In this document: piece by piece, positions 48,473 to 57,949 of the stretch | How positions within the stretch are numbered: position 1 is the first letter of the stretch | Layout: every line of letters begins with the position of its first letter | Source of the DNA: an uncultured Lachnospiraceae bacterium | GTDB lineage: Bacteria > Bacillota > Clostridia > Christensenellales > UBA1242 | Direction: 5' to 3' | Length of the DNA stretch: 64,000 bases | NCBI GenBank assembly: GCA_964400145.1 | Contig: CAYNTF010000003.1 | Coordinates: forward strand, 75,370-139,369 | The notes under the pieces: model-generated | What the model saw: only the letters and a program-made list of their open reading frames with translations | What the model was told of the DNA's origin: nothing | Databases searched by the model: none | Position numbers and translations under genes: made by a program

Positions 48473-49033
48473 TTATTTGGTTTTTATACCATTATATTCA
48501 AGTATAGATTTGCTTTTACTTACATACTTATTATAATTATCCAAATATGTTCGTCCAAAAGCATTCGTCATCTCAGAAACAAAAGCATTTTGAGAAATCT
48601 CTTCTTGTTTTCGTTCTTCTTGAGAAGTTTGGAAATGTAAATTTCCTTTACTATCACTTTCCATAATAGGAAAATCTTGAGCAATCAAATTTTTATTCTG
48701 TTTATATGAACTATTAAGCAATAGATTTGTAAAGTGTAAATTATAATCGCTTATTGATACATAACCCACCTTCTGCTCTTCCATTGTTTTTTTGTTCAAT
48801 TTAATGATTTTTAACATTACTATTTTTTCATTTTTGCTGTAATCAACTCTTTTTATACATCCAGCAACTTTTTTATATTCATAATTCAAAATTTCATAGA
48901 ACATGCTGTCATACCATTCTTTTGGATAATGCATCTCCGTTGATTTTTTTGCAATATATTTAATATTGTCATCGTTTAGCAAGTCTAAATATCCATTGAT
49001 AAAATAATCTAAATGGTGATTTCTAACGGTCAT
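48473..49033 (-). CDS. Hypothetical 186-aa protein inserted between rpsG and fusA
   Basis: AAAGGAGAG 6 nt before the ATG; clean ORF. Much more AT-rich than its neighbours. No motif I recognise. Confidence 0.7.
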   Translation of the reverse strand: MTVRNHHLDYFINGYLDLLNDDNIKYIAKKSTEMHYPKEWYDSMFYEILNYEYKKVAGCIKRVDYSKNEKIVMLKIIKLNKKTMEEQKVGYVSISDYNLHFTNLLLNSSYKQNKNLIAQDFPIMESDSKGNLHFQTSQEERKQEEISQNAFVSEMTNAFGRTYLDNYNKYVSKSKSILEYNGIKTK

Positions 49034-49209
49034 ATTTCTCTCCTTTAAAATTAATTCAAAAAAATTGCCTTATCTGTCAATTTGTATAGAATTATTGTCT
49101 TTAGAATGTGCTTTATGCCTATGAGTGTAGATTTTTTTGTAGTTTTTCTTTAACCTTTTGCTCGTGCAGCAAGTTGCCTTGCTTTTGCATCGCTATATGT
49201 TTTCATATA

Positions 49210-49683
49210 TTACCACTTATAGTGAGCGAACGCCTTGTTGGCTTCTGCCATTCTGTGCATTTCGTCGCGCTTTTTGATTGAAGCGCCTGTGTTGTTGTAT
49301 GCATCCATAAGTTCACCAGCAAGTTTTTCATTCATATTTCTCTCGCCTGTTCTCTTTCTTGCATTGTTGACAATCCAACGAATTGCAAGTGTTTGGCGTC
49401 TTTCTGGACGAATTTCCATAGGAACTTGGTATGTTGCACCGCCAACTCTGCGACCTTTTGTTTCAAGCATAGGCTTAACATTTTCAATCGCTGTCAGGCA
49501 GACATCAAGAGGTTCCAAACTTGTTTTTTCTTTTATAATGTCAAAAGAGCCATAAACAATTCTCTGTGCAAGACCTTTCTTTCCACTCATCATAATTTGA
49601 TTGATAAGTTTTGTGACAACTTTGTTTCCATAAATTGGGTCTGGCAAAACATCTCTTTTAACCGCACTATTTCTTCTTGGCAT
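49210..49683 (-). CDS. rpsG: 30S ribosomal protein S7
   Basis: [19 protein letters not shown]... Confidence 0.98.
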   Translation of the reverse strand: MPRRNSAVKRDVLPDPIYGNKVVTKLINQIMMSGKKGLAQRIVYGSFDIIKEKTSLEPLDVCLTAIENVKPMLETKGRRVGGATYQVPMEIRPERRQTLAIRWIVNNARKRTGERNMNEKLAGELMDAYNNTGASIKKRDEMHRMAEANKAFAHYKW

Positions 49684-49817
49684 TGTTTTCTCCTTTTAAG
49701 CCACAATGGGCAACATGTGTTTGATTTTTGTTACGCAAACAAAAATCTGACATTTTCAATCTTTTCAAAAAATCATATCCTTGCAAATTTGATAATCAAG
49801 TTGCAAATGCGAAGGGT

Positions 49818-50198
49818 TTATTTTCCTGCTTTTGGTTTCTTTGCGCCATATTTTGAACGGCTTTGCTTTCTGTTTGCAACGCCAGCGGTGTCAAGAGTTC
49901 CGCGAATGATGTGATATCTCACACCTGGCAAGTCCTTAACACGCCCGCCACGAACAAGCACAACGCTGTGCTCTTGCAAATTGTGACCAATTCCAGGAAT
50001 GTAGCAAGTTCCTTCTTGATTGTTTGAAAGTTTCACTCTGGCAATCTTACGAAGCGCTGAGTTAGGCTTTTTTGGAGTGGCAGTTCTCACAGACAAGCAC
50101 ACGCCACGCTTTTGAGGGCACTCTTCAAGAAGTGGTGCTTTTTTCTTTTTTTCGAAAGATTTTCTTCCTTTTCTCACAAGTTGGTTGAATGTAGGCAT
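49818..50198 (-). CDS. rpsL: 30S ribosomal protein S12
   Basis: [12 protein letters not shown]...[10 protein letters not shown]... Confidence 0.98.
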   Translation of the reverse strand: MPTFNQLVRKGRKSFEKKKKAPLLEECPQKRGVCLSVRTATPKKPNSALRKIARVKLSNNQEGTCYIPGIGHNLQEHSVVLVRGGRVKDLPGVRYHIIRGTLDTAGVANRKQSRSKYGAKKPKAGK

Positions 50199-50292
50199 TT
50201 TGTTCTCCTTTTAAGGCAATCATCTTTTGACGAACTGCCAAACTCGACTTTGTTTTAAATCGAAGTCACGATTTGTCTTTCGCTTATTTGTT

Positions 50293-50324
50293 AAAAACAA
50301 AAAAGGCACGATATATTTCGTGCC
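50293..50324 (-). terminator. Terminator/attenuator hairpin ~100 nt upstream of rpsL
   Basis: GGCACG-AAATATAT-CGTGCC then T6 on the minus strand. Confidence 0.55.
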
Positions 50325-50589
50325 ATGAAAAATGCTTTATCTTTCAAACATGAACAACACAATCACATTTCTGCGACTCCAAGAAAAACTTTCTTGAATC
50401 GGTGGAATTGGAATTTTTGCAACAGAACATCGTTTCAACCTATTATATAAGCGATAAGCCAAAACAAATCAAGATTGCACAAATTGTACCATTTTGGGCA
50501 CAGCCACCTGTTGTTTGTTTATGCTTAACCGTCAAGGTTTCCCCCGACAAATTCAAAGCATGGGTTTCCGACAACGAAACACATTTTGT

Positions 50590-50618
50590 ATTATAAACAT
50601 TTCGCCAATCGTTGTCAA
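50590..50618 (-). promoter_or_regulatory. Perfect consensus promoter TTGACA-17-TATAAT
   Basis: Spacing counted directly; ~385 nt upstream of the rpsL ATG. Confidence 0.65.
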
Positions 50619-50705
50619 GTGTTTTTATCAAGAAAATTAAGTTTTTTAAAAAACAATCTTTCAAGTGTGTTCAGTTTTTTGTGAGGACAAATAATGAGTG
50701 TCGAT

Positions 50706-52091
50706 TCAGTCATTGTCACCGTCAAGGTTGCCAGTGGCTTTTTCGCTGATGTCGGTCAAATAGCCATAAGCCTGCAACTCTTCTTTGTATCCAGCATAGG
50801 CGTATGTTTTGTTCGTGACACTTCCATTTTCAGTGAAATTTGGAAGAGATGTGCATCTAGAGAACATTGATGAATCAGTTTCAACCGCATCTGTTGACCA
50901 GCCTTCACCAACATAGATTGTTTCAAGGCTTGTGCAACCAGTGAACATACAATACATATTCGTCACTTTGCTGGTGTCAAAGCTTGAAATGTCTATTGAA
51001 GTCACATTTCCTAAACCTGCAAACATATATTCCATGTCTGTCACATCACTTGTGTTAAAATTCGACAAATCTAATTCTCCAGTTAAACCTGCCCAAGCAA
51101 ACATCCATTTCATATCTGTGGCACTGCTGGTGTTCCAATTTGAAAGAAAATCAATTCCTGTCAATTTAAAGCAGTTAAAAAACATACCATTAAATTCCTT
51201 CACATTGCTTACATCCCAATTTGATATATCACCAAAATTTGTTAACTTTTCACAAGTACCAAACATCCAACTCATGCTTGTCACACTGCTTACATCCCAA
51301 TTTGAAAGGTCAACTTCTTCCAAAGCGCTACAGCCACTGAACAAATTAAACATTTCTATCACATTGCTTGTATCCCACTTGGAAACATCAATAGTTGTCA
51401 AAGAACTGCAGTGGAGAAACAAAGACCCCATACTTGTCACATTACTCGTGTTCCAATTTGAAACATCAAGTTCGTCTAAAGATCTACAACCTGCAAACAT
51501 TGTCCACATGCTTGTCACATTGCTCACATCCCACTTGGAAACATCAAGCGTTGTCAAAGAACTGCAATTATAAAACATCCACCCCATATCTGTCACACTG
51601 CTTGTGTTGAAATTGTTGAAAGCAATCTCTTCAACGGATGTAAAATTATAGAATGAATATGATGCATCTTCATTTGCAACAATTTCTTCGGTTGAAAGGA
51701 TGTAGATTGTTGTGTCAACGCGATATAAGTCAATCTGTGTTTTGTTCCAAGTGTATGACTCCGCTGTTTGCCCTTCCAAAACATTTACATCATCTTCGGT
51801 GTAAGTATAGTTGCCATCCTCGGTTTGTGTATAGGCACCACTTTCGTCTTTGTCATAGTAGTCAAAAACAATTCTCTTCACTGTGGTGTCTTCCGCTGTG
51901 TAACTATCACTTTTTTTCAACAATGTGTTCAAAGTCGAACCGCTTGGCAAATTTGTGTTGTCTGTTTCACTTGATTTTTGAGTGAGATAGATTGGAAGAA
52001 AAATCGCCAGAAACAGAACCGCCACCACGCCTACAACTGACGCTGTGATGATTGCCACCTTTTTCTTTTTGTTTGTTTCATTTTCAGCCAT
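50706..52091 (-). CDS. DUF285/BspA-like leucine-rich-repeat surface protein (paralog 2)
   Basis: The same N-terminal ~170 aa as paralog 1 (MAENETNKKKKVAIITASVV...); divergent repeats of the form SVTDMGWMFYNCSSLTTLDVSKWDVSNVT. Confidence 0.85.
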   Translation of the reverse strand: MAENETNKKKKVAIITASVVGVVAVLFLAIFLPIYLTQKSSETDNTNLPSGSTLNTLLKKSDSYTAEDTTVKRIVFDYYDKDESGAYTQTEDGNYTYTEDDVNVLEGQTAESYTWNKTQIDLYRVDTTIYILSTEEIVANEDASYSFYNFTSVEEIAFNNFNTSSVTDMGWMFYNCSSLTTLDVSKWDVSNVTSMWTMFAGCRSLDELDVSNWNTSNVTSMGSLFLHCSSLTTIDVSKWDTSNVIEMFNLFSGCSALEEVDLSNWDVSSVTSMSWMFGTCEKLTNFGDISNWDVSNVKEFNGMFFNCFKLTGIDFLSNWNTSSATDMKWMFAWAGLTGELDLSNFNTSDVTDMEYMFAGLGNVTSIDISSFDTSKVTNMYCMFTGCTSLETIYVGEGWSTDAVETDSSMFSRCTSLPNFTENGSVTNKTYAYAGYKEELQAYGYLTDISEKATGNLDGDND

Positions 52092-52256
52092 TTTTTAATA
52101 ACCTCCCTTTAATATTTTTTCTTTTGGCTTTTTCATAGTTTTTGCATAACCAACCATATATATAAGTTCAATTTGTCAGTTTTCACTGATTTCAATCCGA
52201 CGCGCAGATTTCAAATCTTGACGAATTATATAGTCAGTTTTCGCAAACCCAATACC

Positions 52257-52284
52257 ATTGTAGCATGCGGGGGGGGGAAGGCAA
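52257..52284 (-). promoter_or_regulatory. Extended -10 promoter with a C9 tract in the spacer: TTGCCT-T-C9-GCATGC-TACAAT
   Basis: G9 at 52269-52277 on the + strand; 16-bp spacer. Confidence 0.6.
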
Positions 52285-52322
52285 GCATTTTTAAAAATTT
52301 TCAGAAAATTTTTTAAAAATGC
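52285..52322. repeat. AT-rich inverted repeat abutting the -35 (copy of 13546-13582)
   Basis: GCATTTTTAAAAATTTTC-A-GAAAATTTTTTAAAAATGC. Confidence 0.7.
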
Positions 52323-52517
52323 TTGTATTTTTCCAAAAAATCAGCCCAAAATTGACCAAAAATTGCTCATTTTGCCAAAAATTCATAAAAAAATGACAAA
52401 TTTTCGCTCATCATTTCTCAAAAAAATATCAAAAAAAGTTGTAAATTTAACAAAAAAAATGCCAATTCCTGCAAGAAATTGACATAAAAAATTTTACTTT
52501 TTTCAATTACACAAAAA

Positions 52518-54476
52518 TCACAGCGAAAATTTTTCGAAAAACTCGCTCTCATTCAAAATCGCAACTCCCAAACTCTTCGCTTTGTCAAGTTTGCTCCCCG
52601 CTTCTTCACCAGCAAGAACATAGGATGTATTTTTCGAAACTGACGACGCTGTTTTTCCGCCGTTCTCTTCAATAATCTTTGTCATCTCAGCGCGTGAATG
52701 GTTCGGCAATGTTCCCGTCAGCACAAAAGTCAGTCCAGAAAGTTTGCTCGATTTTGCTTCATCCACCTTTTCAATCTCCACGCCAACTTCAAAGAGTTTT
52801 TCAATCTCATCCAAGTTGTCTTGGTTCTTGAAAAAGTCCACTATGTTTTGCGCGATAATTTCTCCAACATCTTCAATCATGCACAACTGTTCACATGTGG
52901 CACTTTTGATTTGGTCAAGATTTTTGTATGTCTTTGTCAAATCTTTCGCCGTCTTGATGCCAACTTCGCTTATGCCCAGCGCGAACAAAAAGCGATAAAA
53001 TTCAATTTTTTTGCTTTTTTCAAGGCTTTTTATGCAATTTTCCGCCTTCTTTTCTGCAAATTTCTCCAAATTTACAAGTTGCTCTTTTGTCAGTTTGAAT
53101 AGGTCGGAATATTGGCGCAAGCCCAAATCGTCATAGAACTGAATTATGGTTTTCTCGCTTAAACCCTCAATATTGAACGCTTCGCGACTGACAAAATGCG
53201 TCAGCCTTGCAACAACTTGCTCTTTGCAACCGTCGTGATTTGGACAAAAAATGAGCGGTCCTTTCTTTATCAAAACACTTTCGCAACATGGGCAATTTTT
53301 TGGTTCATAAATTGGAAGTGAGTTGTCATATTTTTCCGCCAGCCCCAAAACTTCTGGAATAACTTCGTTTGAACGGCGGATGAAAACTCGGCTCTTCAAA
53401 AAGACATTCTTCTTTCTTATGTCTTCAATGTTGTTGAGTGTTGCACGGCTTATCGTTGCCCCCGCAAGTTCGACAGGCTCTAGGATTGCCGTTGGAGTCA
53501 CCTTTCCGCTTCTGCCCACTTGCCAAACAACATCTTCAAGCATGGTGGAAACTTCTTCGGCTTCAAACTTGAACGCTCTTGCCCACTTTGGAAATTTGTT
53601 GGTGTAACCAATCTCTTCACGCGGGCCAACTTCGTTGAGTTTGATGACAAGCCCGTCAATCATGACATCAAGGTCATTCTTCTTTTTATCGATTTCATCA
53701 ATGATTTTTTCCGCTTCTTCTTCCGTTTTAACCACCTTGAAAAAATCGCCTGTTTTGAAACCATTATCTTTCAAAAATTTGTTCATCTCTGCCTGTGTTT
53801 GAAATTTTTTGCCTTCCGATAACAAAACTGCATAGCAAAAATAATCAAGTTGCCTGCGCGCTGTTTCTTTTGGGTCAAGGTTTCGAATTGCGCCAGCAAC
53901 TCCATTTCTTGGGTTTTTAAGTGGTTCGCTTGCCGTTTTGTTATAACGCTTGAAACTTGAATTTGTCATCATACCTTCACCCTGCAAAATCAGACGGCTC
54001 TTGAAAGGAATTTCAAGCGGAACACTTCGAATTGTCTTAACCTGCTCTGTGACATCTTCGCCAATCTCGCCGTTTCCGCGAGTTGTGGCACAAACAAAAT
54101 GACCACCGTCATATTCTGTCACGATTGTCAAACCATCGAATTTATACTCCACGGCAAAGGTTGGATTTTTCACAAACTTTTTCATCTCAACGAAAAAATC
54201 TTTAAGTTCGTCAAAAGAGCGAACCTTGTTCATTGAATATAATCTCACTTCGTGTTTTTTCTTGACGAATTTCGAAAGAACATCCCCGCCCACGCGTTGA
54301 GTTGGTGAGTTTGGAAGAACAACACTTAACTCTTTTTCAAGGTCAACAAGTTCGTCATAGAGTTTGTCATATTCCTTGTCGGAAATGGTTGGATTATCAA
54401 GTTCGTAATAGTTGCGATTATGAATCAAAAGTTCGCTCACCAACGATTTCATCCTTTCAAGTTTTTTATTATCCAT
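52518..54476 (-). CDS. ligA: NAD-dependent DNA ligase
   Basis: EYKFDGL adenylation motif, Cys4 zinc finger, HhH and BRCT domains; 652 aa. Confidence 0.95.
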   Translation of the reverse strand: MDNKKLERMKSLVSELLIHNRNYYELDNPTISDKEYDKLYDELVDLEKELSVVLPNSPTQRVGGDVLSKFVKKKHEVRLYSMNKVRSFDELKDFFVEMKKFVKNPTFAVEYKFDGLTIVTEYDGGHFVCATTRGNGEIGEDVTEQVKTIRSVPLEIPFKSRLILQGEGMMTNSSFKRYNKTASEPLKNPRNGVAGAIRNLDPKETARRQLDYFCYAVLLSEGKKFQTQAEMNKFLKDNGFKTGDFFKVVKTEEEAEKIIDEIDKKKNDLDVMIDGLVIKLNEVGPREEIGYTNKFPKWARAFKFEAEEVSTMLEDVVWQVGRSGKVTPTAILEPVELAGATISRATLNNIEDIRKKNVFLKSRVFIRRSNEVIPEVLGLAEKYDNSLPIYEPKNCPCCESVLIKKGPLIFCPNHDGCKEQVVARLTHFVSREAFNIEGLSEKTIIQFYDDLGLRQYSDLFKLTKEQLVNLEKFAEKKAENCIKSLEKSKKIEFYRFLFALGISEVGIKTAKDLTKTYKNLDQIKSATCEQLCMIEDVGEIIAQNIVDFFKNQDNLDEIEKLFEVGVEIEKVDEAKSSKLSGLTFVLTGTLPNHSRAEMTKIIEENGGKTASSVSKNTSYVLAGEEAGSKLDKAKSLGVAILNESEFFEKFSL

Positions 54477-54779
54477 TTCGCCCTCTTTTTTGCTTTTTGC
54501 ATATTTTATTTTATATTTTTTTACTTTACATTTTCCTATTTTTGTAATTTTTATTTATTTTTAATATTTTTTTATTTTCGTATATTTTTCACTTTTTTTA
54601 TAAAAAATCGTGTTTTTTTGCGTTTTTTTTGCAAAAATTTTGATTTTTTTAAAGTTTTTTTCGATTTTTTTAATATTTTTCTATTTTTTGTTCTTTATTT
54701 TTTCTATTTTATTTTTCGGATTTATTGTATTTTTTCTTTATTAATTTTTTAAAAATTCAATTATTTTATTCTTTCAATT

Positions 54780-56915
54780 TCACTCAATTTTTTCAAGTTT
54801 TGCCATGTTAAGCATCAAACTCTTTTTTCCAAAATCTTCGAACTCAATGTCTGCCACAAGTCCGTCATCTGATATATCCACAATTCTTCCAACTCCAAAA
54901 CGATTATGCGAAATCACATCCCCAATTTCAAACCCCGAATCAAAATATTCATTTTCTTTTTCCGCTTGAACAAAGTCGCTTGAAATGATTTTTGTTTTCT
55001 TCTTGTCCACAATTCCAAGTTCGGACAAAAACCTGCTTGACGTTTGATAATTGTTCTTTCCATACATATATCTCTTTGCTGTGTGAGTGAGAAAGATTTG
55101 CTCTTCCGCCCGAGTGATTGCAACATACATCAATCGGCGTTCTTCTTCCATTTCGGCAGATGAATTTGTGGCGCGCGCAAGTGGAAAAATTCCTTCTTCA
55201 AGCCCAACCACAAACACAACCCTAAATTCCAGCCCCTTGACAGAATGAATTGTCGAAAGGGTCACAAAACCGTTTTCTTGAATTTGGTCGCTGTCGGTTT
55301 TGAGCATAACTTCCGCAAGGTATTCCGAAAGTGTGGCATCGTGATTGTCGTTTGAAAACTCTCGTACACCCGAGAGCAAACTGTCAATGTTTCCAAGTTT
55401 GTTTATTGATTCTTCATCCTTGCCCGCATATTCTTCTTCAATTCCAAACACCTGAACAACTTTTCTGACAAAGTCATAAAGCGGAATTTGATTGAGTTGT
55501 TTCTTCAAAATTTTGATGTTTTCAACAAATTTATCAAGTTTGGAATAATACTTTGAAAACTTAAAACGGTCACTTAAAAGATATTGCAAAAGTGGACTTT
55601 CCCCCGCTTCATTTTGCAAATTTGCTATTGCAACATCACCTATTCCACGCTTTGGAAAATTGATGATTTTAAGAAGCGAAATGTCATCTTTTTCATTGAC
55701 GAAAATGCTTAAATATGACAAAATCATCCGAATTTCAGCACGCTCATAGAACTTAAATCCACCATAGAGTTTGTATGGAATTTGAAGAGACATCAGCCCT
55801 TCTTCCAACGCTCTTGAAAGAGCATTCACACGCATAAGCACCGCAAAATCGCTGTAAGAAAAACCTTCTGCAACCAAGTCTTCAATGCGCCTTGCAACAA
55901 AAAGTGCTTCATCGCGCTCGTCAAATGCGGTGTAGACCACAGGCCCTTCGCCAGCATCCTTATCCGTCCACAACTTCTTTTCCAACCTTTCACGATTGTT
56001 GGATATGACATTGTTTGCCAGCGTCAAGATGTTTTTTGTCGAACGATAGTTGCGTTCAAGTTTAAAAACTTTAACATCTGAAAAATCATTTTTCAAATTG
56101 AAAATATTGTGAAAGTTTGCGCCCCGCCAAGAGTATATACACTGGTCCTCGTCCCCGACAACGAAAAGATTTCCATGCACACTTGCAAGAAGTTTGATAA
56201 GTTTATATTGCACCAAATTTGTGTCTTGAAATTCATCCACCAAAATATACTGAAAACGGTCGGAATAGTGAAAAAGCACATCTTTATAGTTGTGAAAAAG
56301 GAAGAGTGTTTTGTTTAACAAGTCATCAAAATCCAAAGCATTGTTTTTATGCAAATATTCTTCATACTCTTCGCAAATTTTTTGATAATCATTCAAATCT
56401 TTAAGATTTTGTCCAAACTCGCGAAGTGGTTGAAAATATTCGTCAAAATCAAGTCCCTTGTTTTTGATATTTTCCAAGTGGAACGAAACTTTTGACTTCT
56501 CATCTTCTTTTCGTTCGTGTTTTTTTAAAAGGTCTTTGATAATTTTATCTCTGTCATTTTCCGCAATTATTGTGAAATTTTTGTCAAATCCGTCAAGAAG
56601 CGAAATATTCTCCCGCAAAATTCTCACACACATGGAATGAAAAGTGGATATCCACATCGAGCAGTTGCACATCTTTGCAATGCGTTCTTTCATTTCATTT
56701 GTCGCTTTGTTGGTGAAAGTTATCGCCAAAATATTGAACGGCGAAACATTTTTCTCCTGAATGAGATAACATATGCGGTGCGTCAAAAGACGCGTCTTTC
56801 CACTTCCCGCACCCGCAGTGACAAGCACAACACCTTCGGTTTCAAAAAGTGCCTGTTTTTGCTCGTCATTCAAACTTTCAATCTCGTATCCGCCACTTCC
56901 ATTTCTGATATTCAT
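54780..56915 (-). CDS. pcrA: ATP-dependent DNA helicase PcrA/UvrD
   Basis: AGAGSGKTR, DEFQDT and helicase motifs. Upstream of ligA, as in Firmicutes. Confidence 0.95.
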   Translation of the reverse strand: MNIRNGSGGYEIESLNDEQKQALFETEGVVLVTAGAGSGKTRLLTHRICYLIQEKNVSPFNILAITFTNKATNEMKERIAKMCNCSMWISTFHSMCVRILRENISLLDGFDKNFTIIAENDRDKIIKDLLKKHERKEDEKSKVSFHLENIKNKGLDFDEYFQPLREFGQNLKDLNDYQKICEEYEEYLHKNNALDFDDLLNKTLFLFHNYKDVLFHYSDRFQYILVDEFQDTNLVQYKLIKLLASVHGNLFVVGDEDQCIYSWRGANFHNIFNLKNDFSDVKVFKLERNYRSTKNILTLANNVISNNRERLEKKLWTDKDAGEGPVVYTAFDERDEALFVARRIEDLVAEGFSYSDFAVLMRVNALSRALEEGLMSLQIPYKLYGGFKFYERAEIRMILSYLSIFVNEKDDISLLKIINFPKRGIGDVAIANLQNEAGESPLLQYLLSDRFKFSKYYSKLDKFVENIKILKKQLNQIPLYDFVRKVVQVFGIEEEYAGKDEESINKLGNIDSLLSGVREFSNDNHDATLSEYLAEVMLKTDSDQIQENGFVTLSTIHSVKGLEFRVVFVVGLEEGIFPLARATNSSAEMEEERRLMYVAITRAEEQIFLTHTAKRYMYGKNNYQTSSRFLSELGIVDKKKTKIISSDFVQAEKENEYFDSGFEIGDVISHNRFGVGRIVDISDDGLVADIEFEDFGKKSLMLNMAKLEKIE

Positions 56916-57225
56916 AACAATTATATTCTAACACATCAAACAAGAAATTACAAAAGAAAAACTCAAAATTAATTCATAAGAAAATCTAAATCAGTATGCA
57001 AAAACGCACCCGAAATTTCAGCGCTCGTCGCTCAAAGTGTCAATAATCTCTCCATTTTTAAAATTTGCGATAACGCCCTTTTATTTTTAAATATTTTCAA
57101 AAAAATATTTAAAAAAATAAGCAAAAGCAGGCAAAACAAAATTTTATTTCTCAACTTTATCTCAATTTTTATCAAATTTAACATTTTTCTAGAACAATTC
57201 ATATAACAAAAGCGAAGGAGTTGAC

Positions 57226-57825
57226 ATGGAAAATATTTTTAAAAATAAAAAAGGTTGGTTGACAGGACTTCTAATCGCCCTGATAGTTCTCACCGCCTTA
57301 AATTTTATAGTCACCATGATTGATTATGGCTCTCATTTGCAATCTGCGGAAAATTATGTTGTTTTAACAATCACAACAATCATCGAAATTCTGATATATT
57401 CTTTTGCGATATGTGCGTTGTTGAAAAATGATAATTTTTGGTGCAAAACATTGTTTATTATCGTTTTTTCATACATTTTTCTCAACTGTCTTTTGACATT
57501 TATAACCGCAATTTACTATTTTTCATATAACACAATTTATGTTTTTTATGGCATCGGACAAATCATTGACTGCCTGTTGGTTGTTGCAATCGGCGTGGTG
57601 TATTTGCTGACCAAATACGGAACAATCAAAAATGAAAGAGTTGTCAACATTCTGCTATACATTCGTCTGGTAATGATTTTAATCAATTTCATAATAGGCA
57701 TAATCATGATTGCACAAGATTATCTTAATTGGATAACAATCACAACATTTTTCATGGACGCCATTTTGACAATAATATATTTCCTAGCAATCAACGACCA
57801 TGCTCCAAAATCTTTGAACGGATAA
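57226..57825 (+). CDS. Polytopic membrane protein, unknown function
   Basis: GAAGGAG RBS; about 5-6 hydrophobic segments. Confidence 0.6.
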   Translation: MENIFKNKKGWLTGLLIALIVLTALNFIVTMIDYGSHLQSAENYVVLTITTIIEILIYSFAICALLKNDNFWCKTLFIIVFSYIFLNCLLTFITAIYYFSYNTIYVFYGIGQIIDCLLVVAIGVVYLLTKYGTIKNERVVNILLYIRLVMILINFIIGIIMIAQDYLNWITITTFFMDAILTIIYFLAINDHAPKSLNG

Positions 57826-57916
57826 TATAAAAAATAATTTGCATTTTTCTATGGCAATAAAAGTTTTTTAACAATCTTGAAATCTCAAATCATAAATCAG
57901 TAATAAATAAAAGAAT

Positions 57917-57944
57917 AAAAAATCCGAAAATAGTCGGATTTTTT
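57917..57944. terminator. Bidirectional terminator
   Basis: TCCGA/TCGGA stem flanked by A-run and T-run. Confidence 0.6.
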
Positions 57945-57949
57945 GCCTT

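Noticed and set aside
49150-49206. 18-codon mini-ORF (MKTYSDAKARQLAARAKG) starting 4 nt after the rpsG stop
   Set aside because: It has no Shine-Dalgarno sequence, is very short, and I have no conservation information. It may be a remnant at the edge of the str-operon insertion. Noted only as part of that insertion.
48453-49209. The str-operon insertion as a mobile element (IS, MITE or homing endonuclease)
   Set aside because: I could find no terminal inverted repeats, no target-site duplication, no transposase or integrase, and no LAGLIDADG, GIY-YIG or HNH motifs in the 186-aa protein. It is kept as an unexplained insertion rather than called mobile.
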